64,000 nt of DNA from a virus, in the IMG/VR virus record IMGVR_UViG_3300047311_000323, positions 134,397 through 198,396 of that record; one strand, 5' to 3'. The notes under the pieces were generated by a model. That model was not told the origin of the DNA, did not search any database, and saw only the letters and a program-made list of their open reading frames with translations. A program made the translations under genes and the position numbers. Each line of letters begins with the position of its first letter. Position 1 is the stretch's first letter. Of this stretch, positions 1-9,676 are shown piece after piece.

Positions 1-1315
1 CGGACATTTGACGATTAACTTTAGAGATAGCTTCTGATAGTTTCTCTTGATCAAAACCCGCTTCCAAAAGATCCATCACTGCATCTAAATCTTGTCTTAG
101 AGTTTCGATTAGATTGTAAACTTCTAGTCTAGCACCGGAGGTAGCTCCAGGAATTAGCTGATGTCTAGTCTTACCAAATGACTGAGCTTGTTTTTGTGGA
201 AGGCTTTTGTGCTGCTGTACAATGTCTTTGAAAGACTGCCCGCTGGTACCTAACTCTTGGTTGGTTGCACCTACGGCTGAATTGTAAGACATCTGTAGAG
301 CGTCAAGTTCTTTAGAGGTTGGCTTCCTACTTTTGGGACGAGCTTTCAATTGCTCCATTGCGGAAACAAAAGCTCCGAACTGAGGATTCTTAGAAATGGC
401 ACCAATATAGTTTGCATTGGCCTGGTAGTCTTGAACTATGTTTGCAGCATCGGAAGCAGTGGGCATTTCTCCTGGTGGAGCGCCTACTTCTTCTGGATCG
501 CGGCCTTCATCGATAGCTCTTTGTCTTCTTGACTCTGGGTCTTCAATTACGCCACCAGGTTCTTTTACCTCTCCTGGCCTGAGAGCCTTGTAAGAACTAA
601 AAAGTCTGTTGACAATGTTCCAATAATTCCAAACTGAGGTCATCATCTTATGAGAGCTTTCAATACTGCTGCCAGATGACTTCACAATTTCTTTGTGTAG
701 GGCCTTGAGAGTCTTGTAAGCCTTTGCGCAGTTATCTAACATCGTCATGCGTAAACGACGCATACGGGCAGCTTCTCCAAATCCATATTTAGGATTGAAT
801 AGTCTGGTAACAAAACGGGTAACTGGATTAGAGGCTTGTGACTCCAAAGAGTATTTTTCCTCCATCTCAATAGCTAGCTTAATCAGCTCAGATTTTTTGA
901 TTGAAGCCTCTAGTCCCAGAGATAATTGCTTGGACAAATCTTGTTGTGGTTTTGGTGCCTCTGCGGCTGGAGGAGCTTTGCCAGGCTCTGGAAGTGGTAA
1001 ATTCAATTGCTTAGGTTGTCTCTGACGACGATTCTTAGCGTACTCTAGCTGCTCTTGAATAACAGAATTGCCCTTGTTGACCAACTCTTGGAAATCACCC
1101 GACAAAGAACCAATGATAGTTGCAGGATCGGCTGGAATAGGCGTAGTAATACGAGAACGTTCCTTGAAAAACTTAGAAGGCCAACCATTCATTGTCTTTT
1201 TGAAGTGAATCAAATCGTTAATGAAAGTCGACACTTCTTTGTTCCAAGAAGCCTTGTTTTGTCGTAATCTCTCCTGAACTGGGTCAGTGGATGGTCTGCG
1301 CGCAGTCTTTTCCAT
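1..1315 (-). CDS. Hypothetical protein, 3'-truncated by the window edge (over 438 aa; MEKTARRPSTDPVQERLRQNK...)
   Basis: Hand translation from the ATG at 1315 stays open to position 1. It is missing from the ORF track because no stop is reached. Confidence 0.8.
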   Translation of the reverse strand, partial: MEKTARRPSTDPVQERLRQNKASWNKEVSTFINDLIHFKKTMNGWPSKFFKERSRITTPIPADPATIIGSLSGDFQELVNKGNSVIQEQLEYAKNRRQRQPKQLNLPLPEPGKAPPAAEAPKPQQDLSKQLSLGLEASIKKSELIKLAIEMEEKYSLESQASNPVTRFVTRLFNPKYGFGEAARMRRLRMTMLDNCAKAYKTLKALHKEIVKSSGSSIESSHKMMTSVWNYWNIVNRLFSSYKALRPGEVKEPGGVIEDPESRRQRAIDEGRDPEEVGAPPGEMPTASDAANIVQDYQANANYIGAISKNPQFGAFVSAMEQLKARPKSRKPTSKELDALQMSYNSAVGATNQELGTSGQSFKDIVQQHKSLPQKQAQSFGKTRHQLIPGATSGARLEVYNLIETLRQDLDAVMDLLEAGFDQEKLSEAISKVNRQMS

Positions 1316-1335
1316 GAAAAGATATGTAATTATTG

Positions 1336-1782
1336 CTATTTGATGATTTGAACCGTCTTTTTCTTAAGGGTTCCTAGCCTAAGATTTCTTTTTGCTTTTC
1401 GTTCCTCTGACAGCTTCTTTTCCAGTTTCTGGTTAAAACTGACGATTGCTTGCCAAGAAAACCCTAATCTGTTGTCTAAATCACCTTCGTGAAGCCCAAT
1501 GATAAATCCAGTATTATCAATACTGTAAGAATCAATAGAAATTCGTTGGTACCCCTGATCTTCTAACAAGGATACCAACGACTCCACAACATCACTCCAA
1601 CAAATCCGACCTCCGCTTTTAGGGGAGGATCTTTTAAGAGTAGCTTTGTAACCTGCTTGTGGTAACAAACTATCACAAAGCTTCTTAAAGTCTTCTAATG
1701 TAGTACCTTCGGGACCACTAAAGAAATAGTGCTCCTGCCAGTCGTAGTCAGAATATACTAGGTCAAAAACGTTGTCGCTCAT
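1336..1782 (-). CDS. Hypothetical protein (ends TAG-CAA-TAA)
   Basis: 148-aa ORF, ATGA overlap with the upstream gene. Confidence 0.75.
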   Translation of the reverse strand: MSDNVFDLVYSDYDWQEHYFFSGPEGTTLEDFKKLCDSLLPQAGYKATLKRSSPKSGGRICWSDVVESLVSLLEDQGYQRISIDSYSIDNTGFIIGLHEGDLDNRLGFSWQAIVSFNQKLEKKLSEERKAKRNLRLGTLKKKTVQIIK

Positions 1783-2492
1783 CTCTTTAAGTTATCTATC
1801 ACCTGCTGACATTTTTCCAAAGAAAACACATTACCAGTGCGCACTCCAGATTCCATATCAATATAGTATCGCTTATTATTCGTATTGTTGCTTTCAATCA
1901 AATCAACAATCTTAGCTACATTCTCTGGCTTAATTCCGCCAGCATAACCAGTGAAATGCGTTTCATCAGGTGCAACTATCTCTGTAATCTCTCTGCCAAA
2001 ACCACCGGACCCATCATGCAAAATGTTGATAGGAAAGATGTTCCCTTTGAGAAATACTTCCATGAACTTAGCTTTAGTCTTGTTTTGCTGCAAGATAATC
2101 GAATGACCATATTGCTTTAGTACCGACCAAAGACGTTCCGACAGTTTAAGATGATCTGGGTAATCCTTGATATTCAGATTCAGTTGAATGCGCTGAGCTT
2201 TTTCACAAAGCTCCATAACGTCTTTCTCTTTTTCCAAATACCTTTCAATCACCGAGCCGCAAAGATGAAGAGAGCTGTGTACGTAAGTAGTGGCAGCGCT
2301 CTTCTCTAAGAACTCTTTACAGAATTTGTAAGAGGGGTATCTGTCGTAGTTACCAACTGATTTAGAATCGCTAAACAGAACACTCCACTCTACGAATCCT
2401 AGCCCCGCATAAGCGTTACTAATTCGTTCAAGCTCGGCAAAGTTGGTCTTTTCATCTACGCCAACAAATGATACCAGAGATAGATTTTTCAT
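1779..2492 (-). CDS. TrpF (phosphoribosylanthranilate isomerase)-like TIM-barrel protein
   Basis: C-terminal GYAGGIKPENV and YIDMESGVR motifs resemble the phosphate-binding end of TrpF-like barrels. Confidence 0.5.
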   Translation of the reverse strand: MKNLSLVSFVGVDEKTNFAELERISNAYAGLGFVEWSVLFSDSKSVGNYDRYPSYKFCKEFLEKSAATTYVHSSLHLCGSVIERYLEKEKDVMELCEKAQRIQLNLNIKDYPDHLKLSERLWSVLKQYGHSIILQQNKTKAKFMEVFLKGNIFPINILHDGSGGFGREITEIVAPDETHFTGYAGGIKPENVAKIVDLIESNNTNNKRYYIDMESGVRTGNVFSLEKCQQVIDNLKR

Positions 2493-3088
2493 ATGATATG
2501 ATCGATGATCCCGTATTCTTTGGCCGCCTTAGCGTCCATCCAAGTTTCGGTTTGACAGTCTGCCTTCACTTTTTCAAAAGTTTGGCCGGTATGCTTCGCC
2601 ATAACTTTTATCATTGCATCGTTTTCTGAGTCCACAAATTCCAAATAATTCTTGCTGTTAGTAAAGTCAAACCCTGGAATTGGGAATGTAAACTGCGAGC
2701 CGTGAATCATAACCTTGGAACTACGGAGAGCGTAACGCTTTCCCTTACTACCAGCCGCTAAAATCCATGCTCCAGCAGAATAAGCTTTGCCAATCAAAAT
2801 GGTTTTGACTGGTGAGCGTACCATTTGCATAACATCATAGATGTTAGCCATACCAGTATTGGCTCCGCCATTGGTATGAATGTAGATACTGATTTCTGAC
2901 TCGGGGTCTTGGTTATCGTAGTACAGCATCATAGCTGATAGCTCGGCTCCCAATCTATCCGTCACGCCTTCAGAAATGAAAATGGTTCGGCTCTTAGCTA
3001 GCTTGACATAACTTTCACCATAACCCATTGGCATTTGCATGCGGAAATGCTCGTGCTCATGATTATCTTGTTGGTCTTTCTTATTCAT
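2489..3088 (-). CDS. clpP: ClpP-family protease subunit (Ser and His retained)
   Basis: ISIYIHTNGG, GKAYSAGAWILAAG (nucleophile Ser), VMIHG (His), WMDAKAAKEYGIID. Confidence 0.9.
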   Translation of the reverse strand: MNKKDQQDNHEHEHFRMQMPMGYGESYVKLAKSRTIFISEGVTDRLGAELSAMMLYYDNQDPESEISIYIHTNGGANTGMANIYDVMQMVRSPVKTILIGKAYSAGAWILAAGSKGKRYALRSSKVMIHGSQFTFPIPGFDFTNSKNYLEFVDSENDAMIKVMAKHTGQTFEKVKADCQTETWMDAKAAKEYGIIDHII

Positions 3089-3099
3089 GATAGCTTACC

Positions 3100-3690
3100 T
3101 TACTTATTAAACGAAATGATCTTATCAATGAAACCATACTTCATAGCATTCTTGGCATTTAAGAAAACTCGACGATCAAAATCCTTCTTGATTTGAGCAA
3201 CTGTTTTCTTGGTAGTCTTTGCTAGAATTTCCATTAAGCGTTGATTGTCCAACTTCTCTTGCTCGAAAACGGCATGAGCGCCCGGCAAATCCGTATGCAT
3301 ATGGAAACTATGAACTAATTGAGTGGCAGAAATTACAGCGTGTGGAGTGGCGAATCTCATGCCAGGCGTTCCACCGGCCAATAAGATTACAGCCTCATCC
3401 ATTGCTGCACCAATACATACTGTTTCAATTGGCGCATGAATCATATCCATAACATCGTAAATCATAAGAGAGTTACGAATATCGCCACCGTGAGTATTGA
3501 TGAATAGCGTAATTTTGCTTTCTGAATCTTCGTGATCTTTCAATAGTAAAGTGGCCACAATATCTGAAGCCAAATTATCATCGAGGTAGTCTGTCAAAAA
3601 CAGAATACGATCGCTTGATAGTTTTTGGTACACATCAACCGGCACTTCGCCATGTTCAGTCTGTTCAAGTACTAATGTATTCAAAATCAA
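3100..3690 (-). CDS. ClpP paralogue lacking the catalytic Ser/His (ClpR-like); TTG start at 3690 or 3684
   Basis: DVYQKLSSDRILFL, LFINTHGG, FDRRVFLNAKNAMKYGFID. GAAMDEA replaces GxAASMG, and there is no His in the IMIHQP-equivalent segment. Confidence 0.8.
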   Translation of the reverse strand: MILNTLVLEQTEHGEVPVDVYQKLSSDRILFLTDYLDDNLASDIVATLLLKDHEDSESKITLFINTHGGDIRNSLMIYDVMDMIHAPIETVCIGAAMDEAVILLAGGTPGMRFATPHAVISATQLVHSFHMHTDLPGAHAVFEQEKLDNQRLMEILAKTTKKTVAQIKKDFDRRVFLNAKNAMKYGFIDKIISFNK

Positions 3691-4040
3691 AACCTCTTTC
3701 TTTGCTTCTCTTCTGCTTCTCGTTCTTCAACGCAAGAAACACAACTTTGAAAATGTGGATTGCTTAATAGTCTTTTCTCGTGGATTGGTTCGCCGCAATC
3801 TTGGCAGAGTCCATAAGTTTTATCTTCGATACGTCTGAGAGCCGTCTCAATTTGAGATAACTTAGCAGAGTTGCGTGTATTGAACTGATTAGCTAAATCC
3901 ATAAGTATATGGGCCTGAATCTCGTCCGTCTCATCGCCTTCAGTATCTACTTCGGTCTCTCGGTCAGATGCTTGTTTTAGCAATTCCTTTTGCTGTGCTA
4001 AAAGCAAGTCTTTTATCTTTTTCAAAAACGATTTATTCAT
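3687..4040 (-). CDS. DksA/TraR-family C4 zinc-finger protein
   Basis: GDETDE coiled-coil tip, IETALRRIEDKTYGLCQDCGEPIHEKRL...CVSC. Confidence 0.9.
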   Translation of the reverse strand: MNKSFLKKIKDLLLAQQKELLKQASDRETEVDTEGDETDEIQAHILMDLANQFNTRNSAKLSQIETALRRIEDKTYGLCQDCGEPIHEKRLLSNPHFQSCVSCVEEREAEEKQRKRF

Positions 4041-4426
4041 TATAGGATCCTCAAATCGGAAACAGGTACTACAATAGTTCCCTGTGGTTTGGGCTGCTTT
4101 TGATCATCCACCCTTTTATGGAAGATCAGATAAGCATGGTTTTCCGGCTCCTTCAACCAGAAAGCGGTAACTTCCCAGTCGTTATAAATCGCTTTTTTAG
4201 ACTGGTCTGCAAACCTTAGATTGCGCGTGTTTTCCATCACCTGCGCTCTTTTGGGCCTGTATGGCCCATGGATATTCTTAGCTTTGAATTTCATCAGTTC
4301 AAGAAACAAAGAAGCCGCTTCATTGTGGGAAGCAGCCTTAATTTCCTTTGAGACTGGATCGTTTGGCTTATTTGGATCTATCCCAACGCAAACGTACACT
4401 ACCGGTCGAGGACCTCTTTTACCCAT
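4040..4426 (-). CDS. Hypothetical protein
   Basis: 128-aa ORF in an operon-like run. Confidence 0.75.
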   Translation of the reverse strand: MGKRGPRPVVYVCVGIDPNKPNDPVSKEIKAASHNEAASLFLELMKFKAKNIHGPYRPKRAQVMENTRNLRFADQSKKAIYNDWEVTAFWLKEPENHAYLIFHKRVDDQKQPKPQGTIVVPVSDLRIL

Positions 4427-4427
4427 C

Positions 4428-4754
4428 TTAATCCCCCTTCAGTTTCTTGTCAAGGTCCAGGGACTCGCACAATTTTTTGCGAATAGGCTTGGCCAAAAAT
4501 AATCTCATCACTCGGTGTCCCGGAGATTCCATTACACGATGGAATCGTACATCATGATATTTGCGTGGTGGTGTATCCTTCAACATCAATCTTCCAAAAT
4601 TGCCAATCTTAATCTCTTTGCCAGCTTTCAAATCTTTAGTCATCTCATCAAATAGAATGCTAATTACGCTAAATACATGATAATGATGAATCAACCTCTT
4701 GATTTTACGATTCACATAATGCCAGAGGTCACGCTTACTTATACTTAGCGACAT
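4428..4754 (-). CDS. HU/IHF-like DNA-binding protein
   Basis: LKAGKEIKIGNFGRLMLKDTPPRKYHD matches the HU/IHF beta-arm pattern. Confidence 0.7.
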   Translation of the reverse strand: MSLSISKRDLWHYVNRKIKRLIHHYHVFSVISILFDEMTKDLKAGKEIKIGNFGRLMLKDTPPRKYHDVRFHRVMESPGHRVMRLFLAKPIRKKLCESLDLDKKLKGD

Positions 4755-5131
4755 TACTTCCTCGTCAATTTTCTTTGATACTTAATTAGCTTATCCCAAT
4801 GTCTGGCCTCTAAGTCCCAGTATTCAATATCTGGGCGCGCATTGCCAATAGAAGGAAAAGTATACTTCATCCGCATCTTCTCATTCAATGAAGAGTGAGT
4901 CATGCGAATATCCTGATTCAGATCGTCACCATACATAGTCTCATAGTCTTCATAACAGGTGCGACATATATTGTGTATAGCATTGTCTAATGCTAAAGTA
5001 ATTAGCGTTAGGGAGTTCATGACATCTTTCTTGAAATAGATTTGTCCACAAATAGTAAACTTGTTACCACTGGACGGAGTATAGTCTACTAAATGTAGTT
5101 TACTCTTTCTATCTTGAACTAAAAGAATCAT
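4754..5131 (-). CDS. Hypothetical protein
   Basis: 125-aa ORF with overlapping start/stop junctions. Confidence 0.7.
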   Translation of the reverse strand: MILLVQDRKSKLHLVDYTPSSGNKFTICGQIYFKKDVMNSLTLITLALDNAIHNICRTCYEDYETMYGDDLNQDIRMTHSSLNEKMRMKYTFPSIGNARPDIEYWDLEARHWDKLIKYQRKLTRK

Positions 5132-5601
5132 TTACCCTCACGCAATACGAATGTCATGTACTCATCGAAACGCTCACCACGACTTACTTGATTGCTGGCT
5201 CTGCTAAGAACTTTGCACTCCAATAACTGTTTGATAGAGAATCTCATCGTTGGGTCATTTTCTCCAGAACCTAGGGCTTGCATTTTCTCGCCAATTTCTA
5301 TCGGTTGCTTCTTGACAAGATCACAGATGAATTTACACATCCTAGGATACTCTAGCTTGAAAAATGGTAATAGGCTAGCGTTTTCAGATGTGGTTTTGGT
5401 TTGCTTTTCGAATGTCAGAATAACATCCAGTAGTTTGGATCTTAGAATCTTCTTGGCTTCAATCGCCCTAATCTCTTGATCTATTTGTTCAATTTTCTTT
5501 TTCGCATCCCGGATTATTTCATCTGGAGTTTCAATGCCATGTTGAACACACTCGGAAATGAATTCGGCAACAAATGTTTGATCACTCTTCTTGCCCCTCA
5601 T
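5128..5601 (-). CDS. Hypothetical protein
   Basis: 157-aa ORF. Confidence 0.75.
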   Translation of the reverse strand: MRGKKSDQTFVAEFISECVQHGIETPDEIIRDAKKKIEQIDQEIRAIEAKKILRSKLLDVILTFEKQTKTTSENASLLPFFKLEYPRMCKFICDLVKKQPIEIGEKMQALGSGENDPTMRFSIKQLLECKVLSRASNQVSRGERFDEYMTFVLREGK

Positions 5602-6139
5602 CGTCCTCCCAATAGATATTTTGATGGAATTTGATAAATGATAATAGCTGTTTGTGCTGTTCGGAATAATTGGCAGCCTTAGTCCAGCCGAAACCTAAAT
5701 CTCTGATTTGCTCCATGCCTGCTAAAAACGTGGCCTGCAAGTAAATGCTACACGGCATCCAATTGTCTTTATCGGTACTAACCGCAATCATCACTTCTGG
5801 ATCAACCTTCTCTTCAGCTTTCTTGGAGTAAACCATGTACACTCCGAAAGCGGGAGAATCTTTCAATTGAACTAGCAATGCGTATTCTGGGAAATCTTTT
5901 TCCTGAGTACAATCGGCCAACATCAAACGAAGCTCTTTAGAATCTGCTACCATAACTTGGCAGCCATATATGTTGTTTCGAATAACTTTGTTATCGATTT
6001 CGAAAGAAACTTTCTCTGGCAACATATGAGAATTGTCAATAAGCGATTTCGTTATATCTTGATTAACAAAATCGGATGGTAGTACACCAAGATTGGCTAG
6101 AATGTGAAAAACTATTTGTTCAGTTAGTTTTGAATTCAT
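5582..6139 (-). CDS. Hypothetical protein
   Basis: 185-aa ORF. Confidence 0.75.
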   Translation of the reverse strand: MNSKLTEQIVFHILANLGVLPSDFVNQDITKSLIDNSHMLPEKVSFEIDNKVIRNNIYGCQVMVADSKELRLMLADCTQEKDFPEYALLVQLKDSPAFGVYMVYSKKAEEKVDPEVMIAVSTDKDNWMPCSIYLQATFLAGMEQIRDLGFGWTKAANYSEQHKQLLSFIKFHQNIYWEDDEGQEE

Positions 6140-6480
6140 CTGCCATCAATCTTTTTGCTAATAGCCTGATTCATAACAGTACGAATGTCGGGGGTGGCAC
6201 TAAGGTCCAATACTGGTAACTCTTTAGTAACTTTCTCGATATGAGCTTCGAAATTGAAGAAGTTGCCCGCTAGCCTGCGTTTAGCTAACTCTTCCATGCA
6301 AATAGTGGAAATCTTCTTCTCAAATCCAAAATAACGATCACAGACGATCATTTCACAGAGCTTCTCATTACTGTATTGAGGTAGGTTGGCCTTTATCTGA
6401 TCGATATCTAGCTTGACCTCCTCTGTATCTTCTCCGGAGTTCTCCTCCATCAAAAATTCTTCTAATTCTTTATTTGACAT
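6136..6480 (-). CDS. Hypothetical protein
   Basis: 114-aa ORF. Confidence 0.75.
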   Translation of the reverse strand: MSNKELEEFLMEENSGEDTEEVKLDIDQIKANLPQYSNEKLCEMIVCDRYFGFEKKISTICMEELAKRRLAGNFFNFEAHIEKVTKELPVLDLSATPDIRTVMNQAISKKIDGR

Positions 6481-6820
6481 TTTTCCTCAGCTTGGGTGGC
6501 GTGGACATGCGAACTTTCAAGGAAGGTAATATACGACCGTCTCGATGATGATCAAAGAAATGCAATTTGGTATCGAAAAATAAACTATTGAAATTCAGAA
6601 TCTTTCCGAGCACTAACAGGTCGCGGAAACTTCCAAAAACTGCTTTGATGATGATCCCCACCTCTGACTTGTCTAAGACTGGGTACCTGGCGTACACTCT
6701 GTTAACCAGATCCTCATTATGCTTTAGACTAATAGGATGGTTCTCATTGAGATAATCTACCATCTGTTGATGAGTCATATCCTTGAAGTAAAAGGGAACG
6801 ATTGTCTTCTGTTTTTTCAT
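6470..6820 (-). CDS. Hypothetical protein, weakly HU/IHF-like
   Basis: LDKSEVGIIIKAVFGSFRDLLVLGKILNF resembles the HU helix and first strand. Confidence 0.5.
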   Translation of the reverse strand: MKKQKTIVPFYFKDMTHQQMVDYLNENHPISLKHNEDLVNRVYARYPVLDKSEVGIIIKAVFGSFRDLLVLGKILNFNSLFFDTKLHFFDHHRDGRILPSLKVRMSTPPKLRKNVK

Positions 6821-7005
6821 CTGAAATTCCTACGATCGTATATATCATAACTCCCCCTATAGATCCCCCATCGCGTTGTCGAGATCAAGTTCGAAATTGA
6901 TATTCTTTGGGGAATTGCCTTAAAAATACTATTTCAAGAAAAGCTACCAATAAAAACATATCTTTGTGCGGTTTATGGCTATTCCGTTACCTCTAGGATC
7001 TACTA

Positions 7006-7458
7006 ATGGATAAATGTAGTAAAGTCGGGGCTTTGTACGTTGCTACTCTCAAGGCATTGTCCCTAATTCACCAACACAATCACTGGACTACCAAGGGCGC
7101 ATCATTCTATGGTGAGCATTTGCTTTTCGAAAGATTGTACAAATCCACTCTAGAAAACCTAGATTTGGCTGCCGAGAAATTCATCGGAGTCTTTGGTGAT
7201 CAATGTCTTGGCTACGATTTGCAGGCATCGCTATTGAACAAGGTTCTACTAAAATATAGGAATCTAGAAGGCTCCCCCGCTCAGATGTCGCTTGAAGCCG
7301 AGAAGGATTTTCTTAAGTTCTCCAAGGACGCTTACAATTGCTTTGAGGAAGAGGGTAAGCTGACGTTGGGATTAGACGATATGGTTATGGCAATTGCTAG
7401 CGCTCGTGAAGAAGCAGTCTATTTGTTGCAACAAAGTTTGGATGGAAAGCATGAATGA
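7006..7458 (+). CDS. Dps/ferritin-like protein
   Basis: HQHNHWTTKGASFYGEHLLFERLY...DLAAE is a Dps-type ferroxidase motif. Confidence 0.8.
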   Translation: MDKCSKVGALYVATLKALSLIHQHNHWTTKGASFYGEHLLFERLYKSTLENLDLAAEKFIGVFGDQCLGYDLQASLLNKVLLKYRNLEGSPAQMSLEAEKDFLKFSKDAYNCFEEEGKLTLGLDDMVMAIASAREEAVYLLQQSLDGKHE

Positions 7459-7837
7459 TAAAGAAAAACTCATCCTTGGCAGACTTTTGAAGATTGCCAG
7501 CAGTCAGCAGAAGATTCTAGAGCGTCTTGCTCAAGTTGACCCAGCCGGAGATGCCGATAAAGCACTAAGTGATTTCATCAAATACCAGCTCGTTAGCTGG
7601 GGTATGCCAAACGAAGTGGCTGCCAGTGAACATCACCATGCCGAGAGAGCTAGTAATTCAAAAAGTTATAATGTGACTGTAACTTTGAACTTACAAGATA
7701 AGACCAAGAAGTCTATAGCCGAAGACCCAGCACGTGGGTTCGCGGCTTTTTTGACGAAGAAGTTCGCTGAAGTGTCGGCCAATCCACAATCGCCACTAAA
7801 CGGAACTACTGCCACTTTTACTGTTACCGCAGACTAA
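7451..7837 (+). CDS. Hypothetical protein with N-terminal LLKIA..QQKI..LAQ motif
   Basis: The ATG at 7451 overlaps the previous stop region; motif shared with the next gene. Confidence 0.8.
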   Translation: MNDKEKLILGRLLKIASSQQKILERLAQVDPAGDADKALSDFIKYQLVSWGMPNEVAASEHHHAERASNSKSYNVTVTLNLQDKTKKSIAEDPARGFAAFLTKKFAEVSANPQSPLNGTTATFTVTAD

Positions 7838-7870
7838 TAATACAGTATTTAAGCTATACGAGGAGCTGTT

Positions 7871-8290
7871 ATGGATTCCAAAAAGGTTCTACAAAAATTA
7901 CTAAAAATTGCTGAAAATCAGCAGAAAATCATCATGAAATTGGCTCAGGCGCAACAAGGATTGCCACCTGATTCGCTTCCTAACAGTCAGGTATCTGTTA
8001 CCGACAATTCGAAGCCGGCGCCATCTACTGATACACCACCAGCAGGTAGCAAGCCAAATGAGCCTAGCCGCACTCCAAGCAAGGCATTGTTTGATGCCGT
8101 GAATGCCACCCCAGCTCTAAGAGGCGTACTAAGGCACGTCAACCCACCAAGTGGTAACGAGTTAAAGCTTATCTTTAGCCCAGGCAAACTAAACCAGGCC
8201 AACTTTGATGCAATCACTAAGATTTATCAAGGGCTTCTAAACAGCAATACGATTTTTACTAACTACAAGCTCACTTACGGCCAAGGTTAA
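7871..8290 (+). CDS. Hypothetical protein with N-terminal LLKIA..QQKI..LAQ motif
   Basis: Strong SD (GAGGAG), Pro/Ser-rich linker. Confidence 0.8.
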   Translation: MDSKKVLQKLLKIAENQQKIIMKLAQAQQGLPPDSLPNSQVSVTDNSKPAPSTDTPPAGSKPNEPSRTPSKALFDAVNATPALRGVLRHVNPPSGNELKLIFSPGKLNQANFDAITKIYQGLLNSNTIFTNYKLTYGQG

Positions 8291-8598
8291 TCCTTACTAG
8301 GATCCCTTCGGACATAAAAGTCCAAGCTTCTGTATTGTAAAGCCATATTCAATGACTCGTATACGTTGATATTGTCTTTTAGAGATAGCGCAGTTAACGT
8401 CAATAAAATCTCGCCTAACGTGCGAGATTTTACTTTTTGGCGATCTTCTTCTGGTATTTCTGTCTTGGCATCAATAACTTTGTAAAGACTAATCTTCATC
8501 ATCAATTCTTCGATGATCTGCTGAACGCTAGCATTAGCGCTTCCGTCTTTTTGAAATTCCTCAGATTGTTCCCAGAGTTTCTCGAAGTGAACAGACAT
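8287..8598 (-). CDS. Hypothetical helical protein, possibly a degenerate MazG-like fold
   Basis: LGEILLTLTALS resembles the MazG LGD(V/I)L helix; weak. Confidence 0.4.
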   Translation of the reverse strand: MSVHFEKLWEQSEEFQKDGSANASVQQIIEELMMKISLYKVIDAKTEIPEEDRQKVKSRTLGEILLTLTALSLKDNINVYESLNMALQYRSLDFYVRRDPSKD

Positions 8599-8599
8599 C

Positions 8600-8794
8600 T
8601 TAATCTTCCAATTCTTTGTTATCCATTAATGCAATCTGAAGTTGCTCATCACCCTTATCAGAGATAAAGACAAGAAACACCGCGCCCATAGAGCAGTCAA
8701 TCAAAACCGGAGCTTTGATCTTGCCAACATAAAAAACCTGGCCATCAATATCTTTTCTAGCCTTCAAGTCAATCGTAACGTTCTTGTTAGACAT
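8600..8794 (-). CDS. Hypothetical protein (64 aa)
   Basis: ATG at 8794 with a GGAG SD. Confidence 0.7.
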   Translation of the reverse strand: MSNKNVTIDLKARKDIDGQVFYVGKIKAPVLIDCSMGAVFLVFISDKGDEQLQIALMDNKELED

Positions 8795-9635
8795 TGTTTC
8801 TCCGCATATCTTTGACATATTCAGCCATAGTTCGTTCGAGCGCCTCTTCGGTGTCACTCATCTTGAATCCAGCAGCCCTAAGCTTATCCGTATTAAGGAT
8901 ACAGTTAGAGCGCTTAGCTACTGTCATTTGGTCCAGTTGGCCCTCAGTGATAATTTCAAACTGATGCTCTGGTACATATTTCTGGTATTCTTGCATAATA
9001 CGTGCCGCAGTCAATGGCTGCGGATTAGCAACATGAAAAATACCGCCAGGTCTATTAGTCGCGACCCAATCAATACAGCGGGTTAGATCGCTCATAAGAG
9101 TCATGGAGTTAGGGATATCAATTACTTGTTTGTATCCCCTAAGTTTATTAATCAGATTGCGAGGAACGTCCTTGTCAGAGACAGGCATTCTAATGCGCAA
9201 TGTAGTGACGTGAGGCATAGGGGCCAACATTAGGTCACAAGAGTACTTAGTTTTAGAGTAGAATGATGCTGGGTTAGCAAAATCCGTTTCTTTCCATCCT
9301 GGGTCCACAGCATATGATGTGTGACCTTTGTATGGCGAAGGGCCAAAATAGATACATCCAGATCCAACCTGAATCATGTGGATACCTAAATCGGCACACG
9401 CTTCTGCTATGAGAAGTGGGAGCGTTACGTTACCAGAGACCGTCTCAATCTTATGAGACTCGCACCAATCTACGTTTGGTCTACCAGTTTTACCCAAGCA
9501 GTTTACCACAACGTCTGGCTTGTAATTCTCCAGGACTGAAATGATATAGCCTTTGCTTAAGCTAAAACGCTCAGTAGTTTTCTGATACGGTAGATGGTCG
9601 GCCACAAAGCCAGAGCCAAGTGTCAATACTTTCAT
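8787..9635 (-). CDS. NAD(P)-dependent sugar epimerase/reductase (RmlD or NRS-ER-like)
   Basis: VLTLGSGFVA, NCLGKTGRPNVDWCE, YSKTK (YxxxK). Confidence 0.85.
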   Translation of the reverse strand: MKVLTLGSGFVADHLPYQKTTERFSLSKGYIISVLENYKPDVVVNCLGKTGRPNVDWCESHKIETVSGNVTLPLLIAEACADLGIHMIQVGSGCIYFGPSPYKGHTSYAVDPGWKETDFANPASFYSKTKYSCDLMLAPMPHVTTLRIRMPVSDKDVPRNLINKLRGYKQVIDIPNSMTLMSDLTRCIDWVATNRPGGIFHVANPQPLTAARIMQEYQKYVPEHQFEIITEGQLDQMTVAKRSNCILNTDKLRAAGFKMSDTEEALERTMAEYVKDMRRNNV

Positions 9636-9676
9636 TCTTCCTCAAATCGTTAATACAGTAATCGTGTGTTACTATA

